A stretch of DNA of 64,000 bases from Candidatus Latescibacterota bacterium. Its GTDB lineage: Bacteria > Latescibacterota > UBA2968 > UBA8231. The stretch covers positions 3,328,001-3,392,000 of the forward strand of contig OZ253462.1 of NCBI GenBank assembly GCA_965261395.1, given 5' to 3'. Position 1 is the first letter of the stretch. Every line of letters starts with the position of its first letter. A model generated the notes under the pieces. It did no database searches. It had not been told where the DNA came from and saw nothing but the letters and a program-made list of their open reading frames with translations. Below are positions 20,019 to 29,573 of the stretch, one piece after another. A program made the translations under genes and the position numbers.

Positions 20019-22220
20019 TTAGCGCCCAGCCCCCTTCAATCGCTCGTTCCACTGCTCTTTAAGTTGCTCGAAAATCTCCGCCGAGCGCCCCTCTCGGTAG
20101 TACTCGGTAAACTGCTCCAAGTGCTTCACTCCTTTGAGCGTATCCCCTAAGACCATGTACAAATGGCCGGCTAAGCGGTTGCCTTGATAGTGCGCTGGCT
20201 GAACGGCCAAAATGGCCTGCACCTGTTCCATGGCGGCCGCGGCGCGGTGCTCGACGACATACTGGGTGGCCAATAGCAAGCGGGCATCGACCGCGGCCGG
20301 GCTGCGAGCAATCACTTGCAGCAAAAGGGCCTTGGCCTCCTCGGCTTGGTCGGCGAAGAAGAGCAAGCGGGCCAAGCGGTAGCGCGCCGCAGCCTGCAGC
20401 GAATCCGTCGCTAGGATCTGCCGGTATTCGGCGCGGGCTGAGTCCAAGCGTTCCAGCCGCTCATATAGCTCGCCCAACTGCAGGCGCGCCTGCAGCGAAT
20501 CCGGTTTGGCGGCCACGAGCGCCCCATATGCGGCAACGGCTTGCTCCAATTGCCCTAACTGGGCGTGGGCATAGCCGAGCCGCCCGTAGAGATCCGCCGC
20601 GTCCGCGTCTTTGGCACCTAACAAGCCTTCGTAGGCAGCGATCGCTGCGGCATAACGGCCGGTTCGCAAATAGATGTTCCCCAGCGCCAGACGCGCCCGC
20701 GCAACTTCGGGAAAGCGGCGGATGAATTCGCCGTATGCAGCAACGGCTCGGTTGTATTCGCCGCTGCGGGCATACAAAGAGGCCAAGTTGAAACGCGCCC
20801 ACTTTATATCCGGGTCGAGCGTCAGCGCTTGCTCATAAGCGGCTATGGCATTGATCGGCAAACCCTTTTTCTCGTACACATAGCCCAATCGATAGTGCGT
20901 GTGGGCGTCGCCCTCCACATTCATCGCCCCCACCCGAAAATTGCACGCGACCACCAACAGGAATGCGGCACCGCAACCGACGAGCAGGTCCCGGTACGCC
21001 CCTCGTCGCCACAGCAGGTAGAGCTCCCGGCCACCATACGCGGCGAACATCAGTAGGATGGGGATCACGGGCAGGCGATAGCGCGCGCTAATAAAAAAAG
21101 CCACCACCGTCAGCATGTACGCACCGGCGAACAAGGCGAGCAACAGGGGTTCGGGGCGGCGCAGCAACCCGCTCCGATAGCTCAGGCCCAGCCCCACCAG
21201 CGCAAGCGGTGCCAGCAGCCCAAAGGGGAATGCCACGCCGTACTTCCACAAAAGCACGTGCAGCAACGGCGCGTACTGGCGGGCAAAGTAGAGGTCCTGA
21301 TTGCGGCCGATCTCGTCGCCATGCCAAAACAAATACAACTTGTACAGCAGCAGCTTCAGGTAGGTAAAAGGCTGATGGCGAATGAAATCCCAAGCTTCGG
21401 CAAAGAAAAAGCGGGATTGGGCCGAAGGCTGAGAAATGCCGGCCTCCACGCGCGGCCGCGCGGTTAATTCCAGCCACGCCGGCCCCGGCTGGATCGCCAC
21501 GGTCTCGTCGTAATGGGCGTTGTTGCCAATGTAAAAATTGAGACCAGCGTTAGAAGAAATAAGCACCCAATCGCCGCCCACATAGTAGTTGCGCAGGGTG
21601 ACCGGCGCGATGGCTAAAGCAGTCCCCAACAACAGTACGGCCACTCCCACTAATCGACCGCGACGCACCCATACCAACCACAGGGCAGCCACCGGCACAA
21701 ACGCCAGCACATTAGCCACGCACAGCGCGGAAAGGCCGCAGAGGAATCCAGGCAACAAAAGCCGCCGCGGTCGCCCCTCGGCCGCCCACAGCAGCGCCCA
21801 TAGCGCGAGCAGGTTTAACACCAGCGCGAGGGCCGGCGGCAGCAACTCAGCCTCGAAGAAGATGAAAGGCCCGTAGCAAGCGGCTAGCCCGGCCGCCAGA
21901 TAACCTACGGCAGGCGAAAAGACGCGCCCCAAGCGAAAAATCAGCAGGCACAGCGTGGCCCCCAGCGCGGCTTGGACTAGCCGCGGCAGGGTAAAACTCG
22001 GCTCAAAAAGCGCGTAGAGCGCGCCGAGGAAATGCGGGTAGAGCGGAGGTTGCCAAAAGGGCTGATCGCCGAAGTGGCCGAGGGCCATCGCCGCGGCCGC
22101 TTGGGTATAGGTTTTGGCGTCGACGAGGGGAAAATCGTAGAACGGGCTGCGCTGGCTCTGGAAGATGTACAGCAGCCGCAGCGCAAAAGCCGCGCCCCAG
22201 ACGAGCGCGAGTTTTCCCAC
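20019..22220 (-). CDS. GT-C (PMT_2/ArnT-like) membrane glycosyltransferase fused to TPR repeats
   Basis: DA.TY, PPLYP.FL, RNY, NFYIGN and ARYRLP motifs, multiple TM helices, C-terminal TPRs. Confidence 0.85.
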   Translation of the reverse strand: MGKLALVWGAAFALRLLYIFQSQRSPFYDFPLVDAKTYTQAAAAMALGHFGDQPFWQPPLYPHFLGALYALFEPSFTLPRLVQAALGATLCLLIFRLGRVFSPAVGYLAAGLAACYGPFIFFEAELLPPALALVLNLLALWALLWAAEGRPRRLLLPGFLCGLSALCVANVLAFVPVAALWLVWVRRGRLVGVAVLLLGTALAIAPVTLRNYYVGGDWVLISSNAGLNFYIGNNAHYDETVAIQPGPAWLELTARPRVEAGISQPSAQSRFFFAEAWDFIRHQPFTYLKLLLYKLYLFWHGDEIGRNQDLYFARQYAPLLHVLLWKYGVAFPFGLLAPLALVGLGLSYRSGLLRRPEPLLLALFAGAYMLTVVAFFISARYRLPVIPILLMFAAYGGRELYLLWRRGAYRDLLVGCGAAFLLVVACNFRVGAMNVEGDAHTHYRLGYVYEKKGLPINAIAAYEQALTLDPDIKWARFNLASLYARSGEYNRAVAAYGEFIRRFPEVARARLALGNIYLRTGRYAAAIAAYEGLLGAKDADAADLYGRLGYAHAQLGQLEQAVAAYGALVAAKPDSLQARLQLGELYERLERLDSARAEYRQILATDSLQAAARYRLARLLFFADQAEEAKALLLQVIARSPAAVDARLLLATQYVVEHRAAAAMEQVQAILAVQPAHYQGNRLAGHLYMVLGDTLKGVKHLEQFTEYYREGRSAEIFEQLKEQWNERLKGAGR

Positions 22221-22224
22221 CGCG

Positions 22225-24933
22225 CTAGATGCCCAAGCCGGCGTACACCGTGATAAAGCCCTCGGTCACCGTGCGGGTTTTGATGTCTGGATCTTCAAAG
22301 TCGCGCGCGTCGAACTTCAGGCCGACCTGAGTGGTCAGCACGTAGCCTTGGTATTCGGCCACGTTGGTGACTTGGCTGGCAGTAATGAAGGACTGGAAGT
22401 TGTTGATCTCGGCCTCCAGATCCCGCAACAGCACGTATTCAACGCCGGTCGCTATGGTCGTGCGACGCATTACGGGCAGCTCCACTACCACGCCGAATAT
22501 CTCGGTCAGCTCTTCGCGGTCGTCCTTGGTAAACAGGTCGTAGGTCTGGCGGCGGTATTCACTTTTCCATCTCGGCAACACTCGCAGGCGCGACAGCTCG
22601 ACGAGATAATCGGCCTTGTTGATGACGCCCAAGAAAAACTCCTCGTCGTCCAAGCCGAACTGGGTGCGCGCCGTTTGGCCGAGGCGCTGGTGCCAGAGGT
22701 CGTATTTGAGCGAATTTTTAATCGTCAAATCCTCCAGCGGCTCGTACGTGTGGCCGATGTACAGCGAATTGTTGAGCGCGTCGCGCGCCAACAGTGGGTC
22801 TGGCACTTCCACGTTGCGGGAGTCGCGCAGGGTATTGCGATTGTGCCACTGGATTAGGTCGTCTGGAATGTCGTCCGCCACGCTCTTGAGCACTTCCATG
22901 ACCTTGAGCCGCCCCCAATTCGGATGATCCACATCGACGGTCAGCACACCATATGTGGCGCGGTTGCGCTGGTCTGAGGTAATCCGCTTCTCGCGCAAAT
23001 GTCCGGCAGTCACGCGGATTTCCGGGGTGATGTTGACGCCAGCATACACGTTGAAACCACGGCGGTCGCGCTTGTAGGGAAAGTCCGGCTCGTTGTCGTT
23101 TTCAAAGCGATCGACCCAGCCATTGTTGTTGGCGTCAATGCCGTAGAGAAATTCGGGACGATCTACGTGTTGCCGGAGGAAAGGCTCCTCGTAGTCCGGG
23201 ATCAGGTTAATAACGCGGCCATTGTCGTTTTGGTTGAAGTCGGGAATGAAGTCGTTGTTTTCGTCCCAACCCGGAAAGACCGCGCGATCGACCGACAGAG
23301 CGTCGTTGCGGCCCCAATCCGGGATGCGGTCTTGATCGTCGTTGTCCTCGACGAATTCCACCAGGAATCGCTCATTGCTGCCCGGGTTGTGGTCGGCAAA
23401 ATAACCGGAGTTGTAATCGATGAAGCCGTCTTGCTCGCTGATGTACGTCGAAGTGGCATAATCTGGGTCCATGCGGAACGCCTCGGCAAAAAAGAAATAC
23501 GGAGCGGCGCGCTTCCACAGGTTGAACATGTAGGCGTCCGCCGAGGGCTTCGCGGACGTACCCGACGAAGTGCTGTGATCGGTGTTGCCCTGGTCAGCGC
23601 TCGGATAGGGATACTTGCGATACGTGCGGCTGTTGTCCCACTCGCCGTACAAGTGAAAGCCCTTGACATCTTCCAACGCGAGCGTGAACCCAAATATCTG
23701 CGTTGCAGTGGGCAGGCCGTACTCAAACGAGACGACTTGCAGATTGGTGTTGTCCTTGACGTTGCCTGTGGCTCGCGCGACCAGCAGGAAAATGGGATCG
23801 TTGTTGCGGCCAGTTTGGCGGTTGGACGTAGCCTGCACTTTGTAGTCATTACCCAAGACCAAGTCGAACTGGACCTTGCGAATCTGCGACTTGTCCTGCG
23901 AAGCGACTAACAAAAAATCCGTGCTGTTGAAATCGTAGCGCAAGCGGATTTGCTCGTTGCCGTCGGCCGAGATAAAGCCCTCTTGCGGGAAGCCGCCTTC
24001 AACGACCGGTTCAAACCCAATCTCCTTGCCGCGGTCCACACTACCGTCCAAATAGGTAATGATGATGTCCGAGCCGGCGCTGAAAAACGCCGCGCCGCCC
24101 TCGCCATCGGCCGGTGAGTCGTCGCTGAGCAAAATTTCGATCCAAGAGATGGCTTCGTTCTTCTGATCTACGGTCAGTTCGCCCGCGAGGGGATTACCGC
24201 CAAAGCCGTCGGTGAGAGTATTCGACTGATGGGCATTGACAAAGTTGAAACCCAGCGTGGTGAAATCGCCCACCTGAACAGTGGTGCGCCCCCCCATCAG
24301 CGTGGTGTTGTTGGTGCGGTTGATGCCCTCGACATTCGTGCCCGAGCCACCCGATTCGCTCAGCCGCGAATACAGGAAGGTGAGCAAGTATTTGTCCGTG
24401 GCCAAGTCGAACTGGACCCCGTCGAAATCGGGTTTGGAAAAGGTCATGGGCGTCAAGGTCGTACGGATGCCGTTGCCAATGGTGATGGCGTAGTGATACT
24501 CGCCGACGGAGTCCGAGGCGATAAGCAGACTGTTGAACCAATTGCCAAAGCGACCATCCTTGAACAGCTCGTTGCCGCGCTGCAAGGGCTGGCTCTGGCT
24601 ATTGTTGTAGATGAGCCAGCCGCGATTGACGAAATTGCCAAAGAAGTCGTAGAAGTAGCTGCCCTCCAACGCCACATCGACGTAGCGCTGGTACGGCGAG
24701 CGGGCGTAGTTGGAATACTCCCACTGCCGCCAGCGGTACTCGTTGAAGAGCTCCTGCGGGATGTACCACTTTTTTACGGCCGGGTCTATCGCATCGAAAA
24801 GAACGCCCGAACCCTGTGGCTCGAACGTGGTCCTGCCGCCGCGTTGGACACCCAGCCGACTGCCGTAGTTTTGGGCACTGGCCGCGCCGGCTAGAATACA
24901 AAGCAAAGACGCAATAAAAAAACGCGTTCTCAT
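22225..24933 (-). CDS. 902-aa secreted protein, probable outer-membrane beta-rich protein with DxDxD Ca-binding motifs
   Basis: Signal peptide; EDNDDQD, DENNDF and DANNNG motifs; amphipathic strands ending VYAGLGI; RBS AAGGAG. Confidence 0.7.
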   Translation of the reverse strand: MRTRFFIASLLCILAGAASAQNYGSRLGVQRGGRTTFEPQGSGVLFDAIDPAVKKWYIPQELFNEYRWRQWEYSNYARSPYQRYVDVALEGSYFYDFFGNFVNRGWLIYNNSQSQPLQRGNELFKDGRFGNWFNSLLIASDSVGEYHYAITIGNGIRTTLTPMTFSKPDFDGVQFDLATDKYLLTFLYSRLSESGGSGTNVEGINRTNNTTLMGGRTTVQVGDFTTLGFNFVNAHQSNTLTDGFGGNPLAGELTVDQKNEAISWIEILLSDDSPADGEGGAAFFSAGSDIIITYLDGSVDRGKEIGFEPVVEGGFPQEGFISADGNEQIRLRYDFNSTDFLLVASQDKSQIRKVQFDLVLGNDYKVQATSNRQTGRNNDPIFLLVARATGNVKDNTNLQVVSFEYGLPTATQIFGFTLALEDVKGFHLYGEWDNSRTYRKYPYPSADQGNTDHSTSSGTSAKPSADAYMFNLWKRAAPYFFFAEAFRMDPDYATSTYISEQDGFIDYNSGYFADHNPGSNERFLVEFVEDNDDQDRIPDWGRNDALSVDRAVFPGWDENNDFIPDFNQNDNGRVINLIPDYEEPFLRQHVDRPEFLYGIDANNNGWVDRFENDNEPDFPYKRDRRGFNVYAGVNITPEIRVTAGHLREKRITSDQRNRATYGVLTVDVDHPNWGRLKVMEVLKSVADDIPDDLIQWHNRNTLRDSRNVEVPDPLLARDALNNSLYIGHTYEPLEDLTIKNSLKYDLWHQRLGQTARTQFGLDDEEFFLGVINKADYLVELSRLRVLPRWKSEYRRQTYDLFTKDDREELTEIFGVVVELPVMRRTTIATGVEYVLLRDLEAEINNFQSFITASQVTNVAEYQGYVLTTQVGLKFDARDFEDPDIKTRTVTEGFITVYAGLGI

Positions 24934-24945
24934 ACCGGACTCCTT

Positions 24946-24982
24946 AAAAAAATAAGGCGATGAGCTGGGTAGCCCATCGCCT
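24946..24982 (-). terminator. Intrinsic terminator between the TWGxIK protein and the 902-aa gene
   Basis: 12-bp stem AGGCGATGRGCT/AGCYCATCGCCT followed on the minus strand by TATTTTTTT. Confidence 0.7.
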
Positions 24983-25020
24983 GTAAATCTAAATCGAATG
25001 CCGGGTCGAGCCAGCAGGAC

Positions 25021-25923
25021 CTAGTGGTTAAACTCGGTTTTGATGCGGCCCCAAGTGCTGGATTCAACGGCTGTGGGGGCGGCTCCCCAGTCGATGGCGT
25101 CGTCGAGTTCGCTCATGACCATGTCGTTGTCTGCGCGGCAGCAGCCATTGGGCGATACCGACCAGAAACCCTGATAGTCTTCGAGAGCGGCTCCGCCTTC
25201 AATGTCGAAGTCGCCGAAGGTCCAGCTAATGGCGATGATCTGGCCTTCTTCGAGGTCGGTTTCTTCAGCAGCGGCCCGGTCGCCATCGTCGGGAATGAAG
25301 TCAAAGGGCCGGATCCAAGCCTCGTAGAAATACGTGCTCTCGCCGAACTCTTCTCCTGAAAACGTGTATGCGAACCTCCAGGCATCGTTGTTGTCTGGAT
25401 CGAGGACCCAGTCAAACGGGGGATTATAACCGCCCCACGCCCCAGCCGTCGGCGGCATGGACCAGTTGTACCCCACCTTGAGGATGCCGCCTTCCGTCCC
25501 GGGGGCATAACCGCCGCCGCCCTCGGCCTCGGGGTGGGTCGGCGACACATAGACTTCCCAAGCGTCGTCTGCCCACCAAGCATTAGGCTCTTCGGCGTCG
25601 CGGGTGTGGACGTTGTCGAAAACCTCGGCCATGAAATAGAGCAGGTTGGTATTGTCGTTCCAGCCGACAATCTGCCGCACGCTCAGGTCGCTTACGTCGA
25701 TCTCGCCGCGCAACTTGCTGTACACCGAATCGGAGTACTTGTCGTTGCCGACTTCGTAGGGAATCTGGGGCACGGCGGCCCAGTCTGCGTGATTGCCGTC
25801 GATGACCGGTATATTTTCATCCGGGAACTGCACGGCGAACAGGAGTTCGCCGGGAGGAAAGTGAGCCAGAGCCGGTAGCGCAACCACCGCGACGAGCAAG
25901 GCGCTTACTAACGTTTTTCGCAT
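25021..25923 (-). CDS. Secreted acidic CBM9/DOMON-like protein with C-terminal TAVESSTWGRIK tail
   Basis: Signal peptide MRKTLVS..ALA; PVIDG..DW, GWND..LYF..V.D, D.WE and YE.WI motifs; RBS AAGGAG. Confidence 0.75.
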   Translation of the reverse strand: MRKTLVSALLVAVVALPALAHFPPGELLFAVQFPDENIPVIDGNHADWAAVPQIPYEVGNDKYSDSVYSKLRGEIDVSDLSVRQIVGWNDNTNLLYFMAEVFDNVHTRDAEEPNAWWADDAWEVYVSPTHPEAEGGGGYAPGTEGGILKVGYNWSMPPTAGAWGGYNPPFDWVLDPDNNDAWRFAYTFSGEEFGESTYFYEAWIRPFDFIPDDGDRAAAEETDLEEGQIIAISWTFGDFDIEGGAALEDYQGFWSVSPNGCCRADNDMVMSELDDAIDWGAAPTAVESSTWGRIKTEFNH

Positions 25924-25953
25924 CTCCATCTCCTTGTAAATTGGCGTGAATAG

Positions 25954-25981
25954 GTAGGGGCGACCCACCGGTCGCCCCTAC
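25954..25981. repeat. GTAG-type REP palindrome, copy 2
   Basis: GTAGGGGCGACCCACCGGTCGCCCCTAC; differs from copy 1 only in the loop. Confidence 0.85.
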
Positions 25982-25997
25982 CTATATATCGCGCTTC

Positions 25998-26026
25998 AAG
26001 GTACTCCCAACAACGTTGAAAGTCAA
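25998..26026 (-). promoter_or_regulatory. sigma70-type promoter for the 25923 gene
   Basis: TTGACT-17 bp-TACCTT on the minus strand. Confidence 0.55.
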
Positions 26027-26102
26027 GCGTCTTTTTTCCGTACCGCCGTGTTCATAGCTGCCGTTGCCTAAAATTCTAATTCCTTGTTATCAAAGGAGTT
26101 AT

Positions 26103-27845
26103 CTACTTCTGGCTCAGTGCCTGACGAATGCGCTCGGCCTCGCGGTGCGCCGGGTCGAGACGCAGCAAGGTCGTCCAAGCAGCGGCCATTTCCTCGTGGC
26201 GCTGCTGGCGGCGGTACAGCTCGCCCAAGCGGTAATACGCCTTAACAGCCTCGGCGTCTAGTGCCACGAGCGCGGTGTATTGCCGGATGGCGGCTTCTGT
26301 GCGGCCGACGCGCTCGTAGGCACGGCCGAGATTGTAGTGAGCTTTCAGATGGTGCGGTGCCAAACGCAGCACCGTGCCATAGTGTCCTATGGCCTCCTCG
26401 TAGCGGCCAGCTTTCTGGTAGGTCAGGCCGAGGTTAAAATGCGTTTCAACGTGGGTGGGATTCAGGGCTAATGCGGTTTTGAAGGACGTGATAGCCTCCT
26501 CGTAACGCCGTGCCGCGCTGTGCAGTATTCCGAGGTTGAAATGCGCTCGCAGCCGAGTCGGCTGGATGACCACCGCCCGCTGGTAGTGGTGGAAAGCGCG
26601 GGCGTATTGTCCCTGCTGATAGTAAGCAAACGCGAGGTTGTCGTGGGCGCGGGCGTTGTCTGGATAGTGTGCCAAAACCGCAGCAAACAAGCGGGCGTCG
26701 CTGTGCCAATCTCGGTTGCGAACTATGGTGCGCGCACCGCACAGCACCACTGCGCACAGCACCACCGCCCAAATTAGGCGCTGCTGTCGCGGATTTTTCC
26801 GCAGCCAGTACTGCCCGGCCCACCCCCAAGTCAGGGCCACCGGGATCATGGCCAAGTGCAGGTAGCGCTCGGCCATGCCGCTGGGTGCGAGAAAAAACAA
26901 ATTGGCCACCGGCAGCAGGCACCAGCCAAAGAACGCGCTGGTGAAGACGAGAAAGCGCGATCGCACCACCCAAGGCAGCGCAACTAACGCGATCACACAT
27001 GCCAAACCCGCGATAAACCACAGGTCCCAAGGCGACGCTACCGGGGGAATTGACGCATGCGAGTAATCTGCCGACAGGTGCAGCGGCGCGGCGATCAGCA
27101 GCAAATAGCGCGGTAGAATGGCCACGGCGGTGCCGAGCCGCTGCCACGGGCCAAGGTCGGCTAAAAAATTGGTAGAAATTGGCCCGGCAGGGGCGTCGGC
27201 CAACGCCAGCCAACGCAATGCCAAGACGCCCAGCAGGGCCACCCCATATCCCCAGTGTCGCTTGCTCCAAGCCGCTGCCCCCTCCCGTGAGTCGGCCAAG
27301 AACAGCGCGAGCGGCAAAACCATCGCCGTCTCCTTCGACAGGCAGGCCCCCGCGTACAGCAAATAGGCTAGTACGCGCCGCCGCCGGTGTGCTAGCAAAG
27401 CACTCAGCGACAACAGGCTGGCCAGCAAGTCGCCCCGCGCCGAGACCCAAGCCACCACTTCAGTCTGGAGGGGATGGCTCGCGTACAGTAAAGCGACCCA
27501 CAGCGCGGCGCGATCCTCGCCGAGCAGGTCGCGGGCCAAGGCGTACAGGAGCAGGCTATTGACCGAGTGCAACAGGACGTTGGTCAGATGATAGCCCCAA
27601 GGGGCTTCCCCGAAGAGCTGGAAATCGAGGCCGAGCGAGAGCAAGGTGAGCGGCCGGTACAGCTCCAGCCCCATCCAGCTAGCGCCAAAAAGCTCGCCTA
27701 GGGCCAGAGTGCGCACCGCGTCGCTAGCGAGGTACGCCGAGTCGTCGAAAACAAAGCCGTTGCCCAAGGTATTGGCGTAACACACCAGCGCCAACGCCGC
27801 TATGCAGATGGGGTGCGAAGTCGAAAACCGGATGCTAAAGCGCAT
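26103..27845 (-). CDS. TMTC-like protein O-mannosyltransferase (DUF1736 plus TPR)
   Basis: FVFDD, YRPL, YHLTNVLLH, HPLQTEVV.W..R.DLL, SKE, LSADY, AERYL and RNRDW motifs, followed by TPRs. Confidence 0.88.
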   Translation of the reverse strand: MRFSIRFSTSHPICIAALALVCYANTLGNGFVFDDSAYLASDAVRTLALGELFGASWMGLELYRPLTLLSLGLDFQLFGEAPWGYHLTNVLLHSVNSLLLYALARDLLGEDRAALWVALLYASHPLQTEVVAWVSARGDLLASLLSLSALLAHRRRRVLAYLLYAGACLSKETAMVLPLALFLADSREGAAAWSKRHWGYGVALLGVLALRWLALADAPAGPISTNFLADLGPWQRLGTAVAILPRYLLLIAAPLHLSADYSHASIPPVASPWDLWFIAGLACVIALVALPWVVRSRFLVFTSAFFGWCLLPVANLFFLAPSGMAERYLHLAMIPVALTWGWAGQYWLRKNPRQQRLIWAVVLCAVVLCGARTIVRNRDWHSDARLFAAVLAHYPDNARAHDNLAFAYYQQGQYARAFHHYQRAVVIQPTRLRAHFNLGILHSAARRYEEAITSFKTALALNPTHVETHFNLGLTYQKAGRYEEAIGHYGTVLRLAPHHLKAHYNLGRAYERVGRTEAAIRQYTALVALDAEAVKAYYRLGELYRRQQRHEEMAAAWTTLLRLDPAHREAERIRQALSQK

Positions 27846-27893
27846 AACGGCATTTCCTTAAGCAAATGTTTCTTTGTATAATGCAACGTAACT

Positions 27894-29558
27894 ATGGATA
27901 CTTTAAACAGAAACCTTTTGCGGCGCAGATGCGCCATCGCGTGGGTGGCATTGATTTTGTGGGTGGCCTGCAGCCAGCAAGACGCGCCACCGGTAGCCAC
28001 CGTCGGCGAGGTGCCCGTCACAGGAGCAGAACTGCGCCGATTTGCGTCAAACGTGCTGCCGGGGCTGCGTCCAGCCCAACAGGGGCAAGCAGCGCGGCAG
28101 GATTACTTGCAGACCTTGATCGACCGCCATCTCATGCTGCGCCAAGCGCGCGAAATGGGATTAGACAGCGAGCCGGCCGTGTGGGTCGAGCAGCTACTCC
28201 AGCGGCGCACCTATCTGGCGAACCTGTACCGAAAGCGCGACCTGCATCCCCAAGCGCAAGTTGCAGACGCGGACATCGCCCACTTTTTCGCAGAACAAGA
28301 CCTCGGGCGCGAGCGCCTCATGACGGCCATTTTGCTCCAGACCAAGGCCGAGGCACAAGCGATCCAGCGCCAGCTCGCAGCCGGCGCTTCCTTTGCCGAC
28401 CTCTCCGCTCAACACACGCTCGACCCGCGCACGGCCGCCCAGCGCGGCCAGATCGGCTTTGTCAATCGCTCCATGGCCAGCCGCCTTGGGGTTCCAGAGG
28501 TCGTATTCGATCACCAGCCGACCGGCGTCGTATCCGAGCCGTTGCCCTTGGGCCGGCGATTTCACTTGGTGCGCTTTATAGAGGATCGCCAAGTAGAGAT
28601 CGATAGCCAGCGCGACTTGCTCGCCCAACAGATGGCCAAAGCCAAGAGGCGGGAGGTCGAGCGGCAGCAGGTCGAACTCCTCGCCTATGAATTGGGCTGG
28701 CATTTGACCGCGCAGGGGCTAGCCGCCCTGCCATCGCAAGCGAATGCACCTCTGTTCGCGTATGCAGGCGGTCAGGTCTCCACCGAAGAATATCTAGAGG
28801 TACTGAAGAAGCATCAGATAACGCGACCAGAGGCGCTACGGGACAGCGCGGCCATTGCGGCTTTTGCGCGCCGCGCTATCCTGCCGGAGCTCGTTTTGGC
28901 CGACGCGGCCGAAAAGGCGGGCTATCACCAAGAGCCAGAGGCCGCGGCGCATTTGGCCAAGGCCGACGAAGAATTGCTGCTCAAGGCCGCGTATCAACGC
29001 CAAGTAAGCGATGCGGTCGCCGTAGCCGCAGCCGATGTCGAGCGCTATATCGCAGAGTATCCCGAACGATTCACCATCCCGGAGTCCATCTGCTTTGACG
29101 AGCTGATCGCGCCCAGCCTGCCAGAGGCACAGCAGCTCAAAGAGACCTTGACCGGCCAAGAGGATTGGGCCGCACTAGCCGAGGCTCGCGACTTCCCGCT
29201 GCGACCGCGGCGCGCCGACGGCCTCGTCTGCATGCACCGCTACAACAGCATTCCGTACCCCCAGCTCTGGCGCGCCCTGCAACAGGCCGAGGTAGGGGTC
29301 CTAAACGGCCCCGTGCGAACCCGCGAGGGATTCGCTTTGTTCGTGGTGATCCGCACCGAGCCCGCCCGCCCAGAGCCGCCACAGCAGGCACGGCAACGGG
29401 CGCGGGCAGCCCTCGTGCAGCAGGCCGAACAAGCGCGCTTTGACCAATGGATTGCGGCACTGCGAGCAAAATACCGCGATGAAATCGACATATCCGCCGA
29501 GCAACTCGCCGCTGCCCTGCCCGATTCGCTGCTAGCCAACCTAGTACAGCGCGAGTGA
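27894..29558 (+). CDS. PpiC/SurA-type peptidyl-prolyl isomerase lipoprotein
   Basis: Lipobox LWVAC; GASFADLS..T.D...GQIG and SEP....FHLV parvulin motifs; a second degenerate parvulin domain. Confidence 0.82.
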   Translation: MDTLNRNLLRRRCAIAWVALILWVACSQQDAPPVATVGEVPVTGAELRRFASNVLPGLRPAQQGQAARQDYLQTLIDRHLMLRQAREMGLDSEPAVWVEQLLQRRTYLANLYRKRDLHPQAQVADADIAHFFAEQDLGRERLMTAILLQTKAEAQAIQRQLAAGASFADLSAQHTLDPRTAAQRGQIGFVNRSMASRLGVPEVVFDHQPTGVVSEPLPLGRRFHLVRFIEDRQVEIDSQRDLLAQQMAKAKRREVERQQVELLAYELGWHLTAQGLAALPSQANAPLFAYAGGQVSTEEYLEVLKKHQITRPEALRDSAAIAAFARRAILPELVLADAAEKAGYHQEPEAAAHLAKADEELLLKAAYQRQVSDAVAVAAADVERYIAEYPERFTIPESICFDELIAPSLPEAQQLKETLTGQEDWAALAEARDFPLRPRRADGLVCMHRYNSIPYPQLWRALQQAEVGVLNGPVRTREGFALFVVIRTEPARPEPPQQARQRARAALVQQAEQARFDQWIAALRAKYRDEIDISAEQLAAALPDSLLANLVQRE

Positions 29559-29573
29559 AATGGAGGAATTCCC

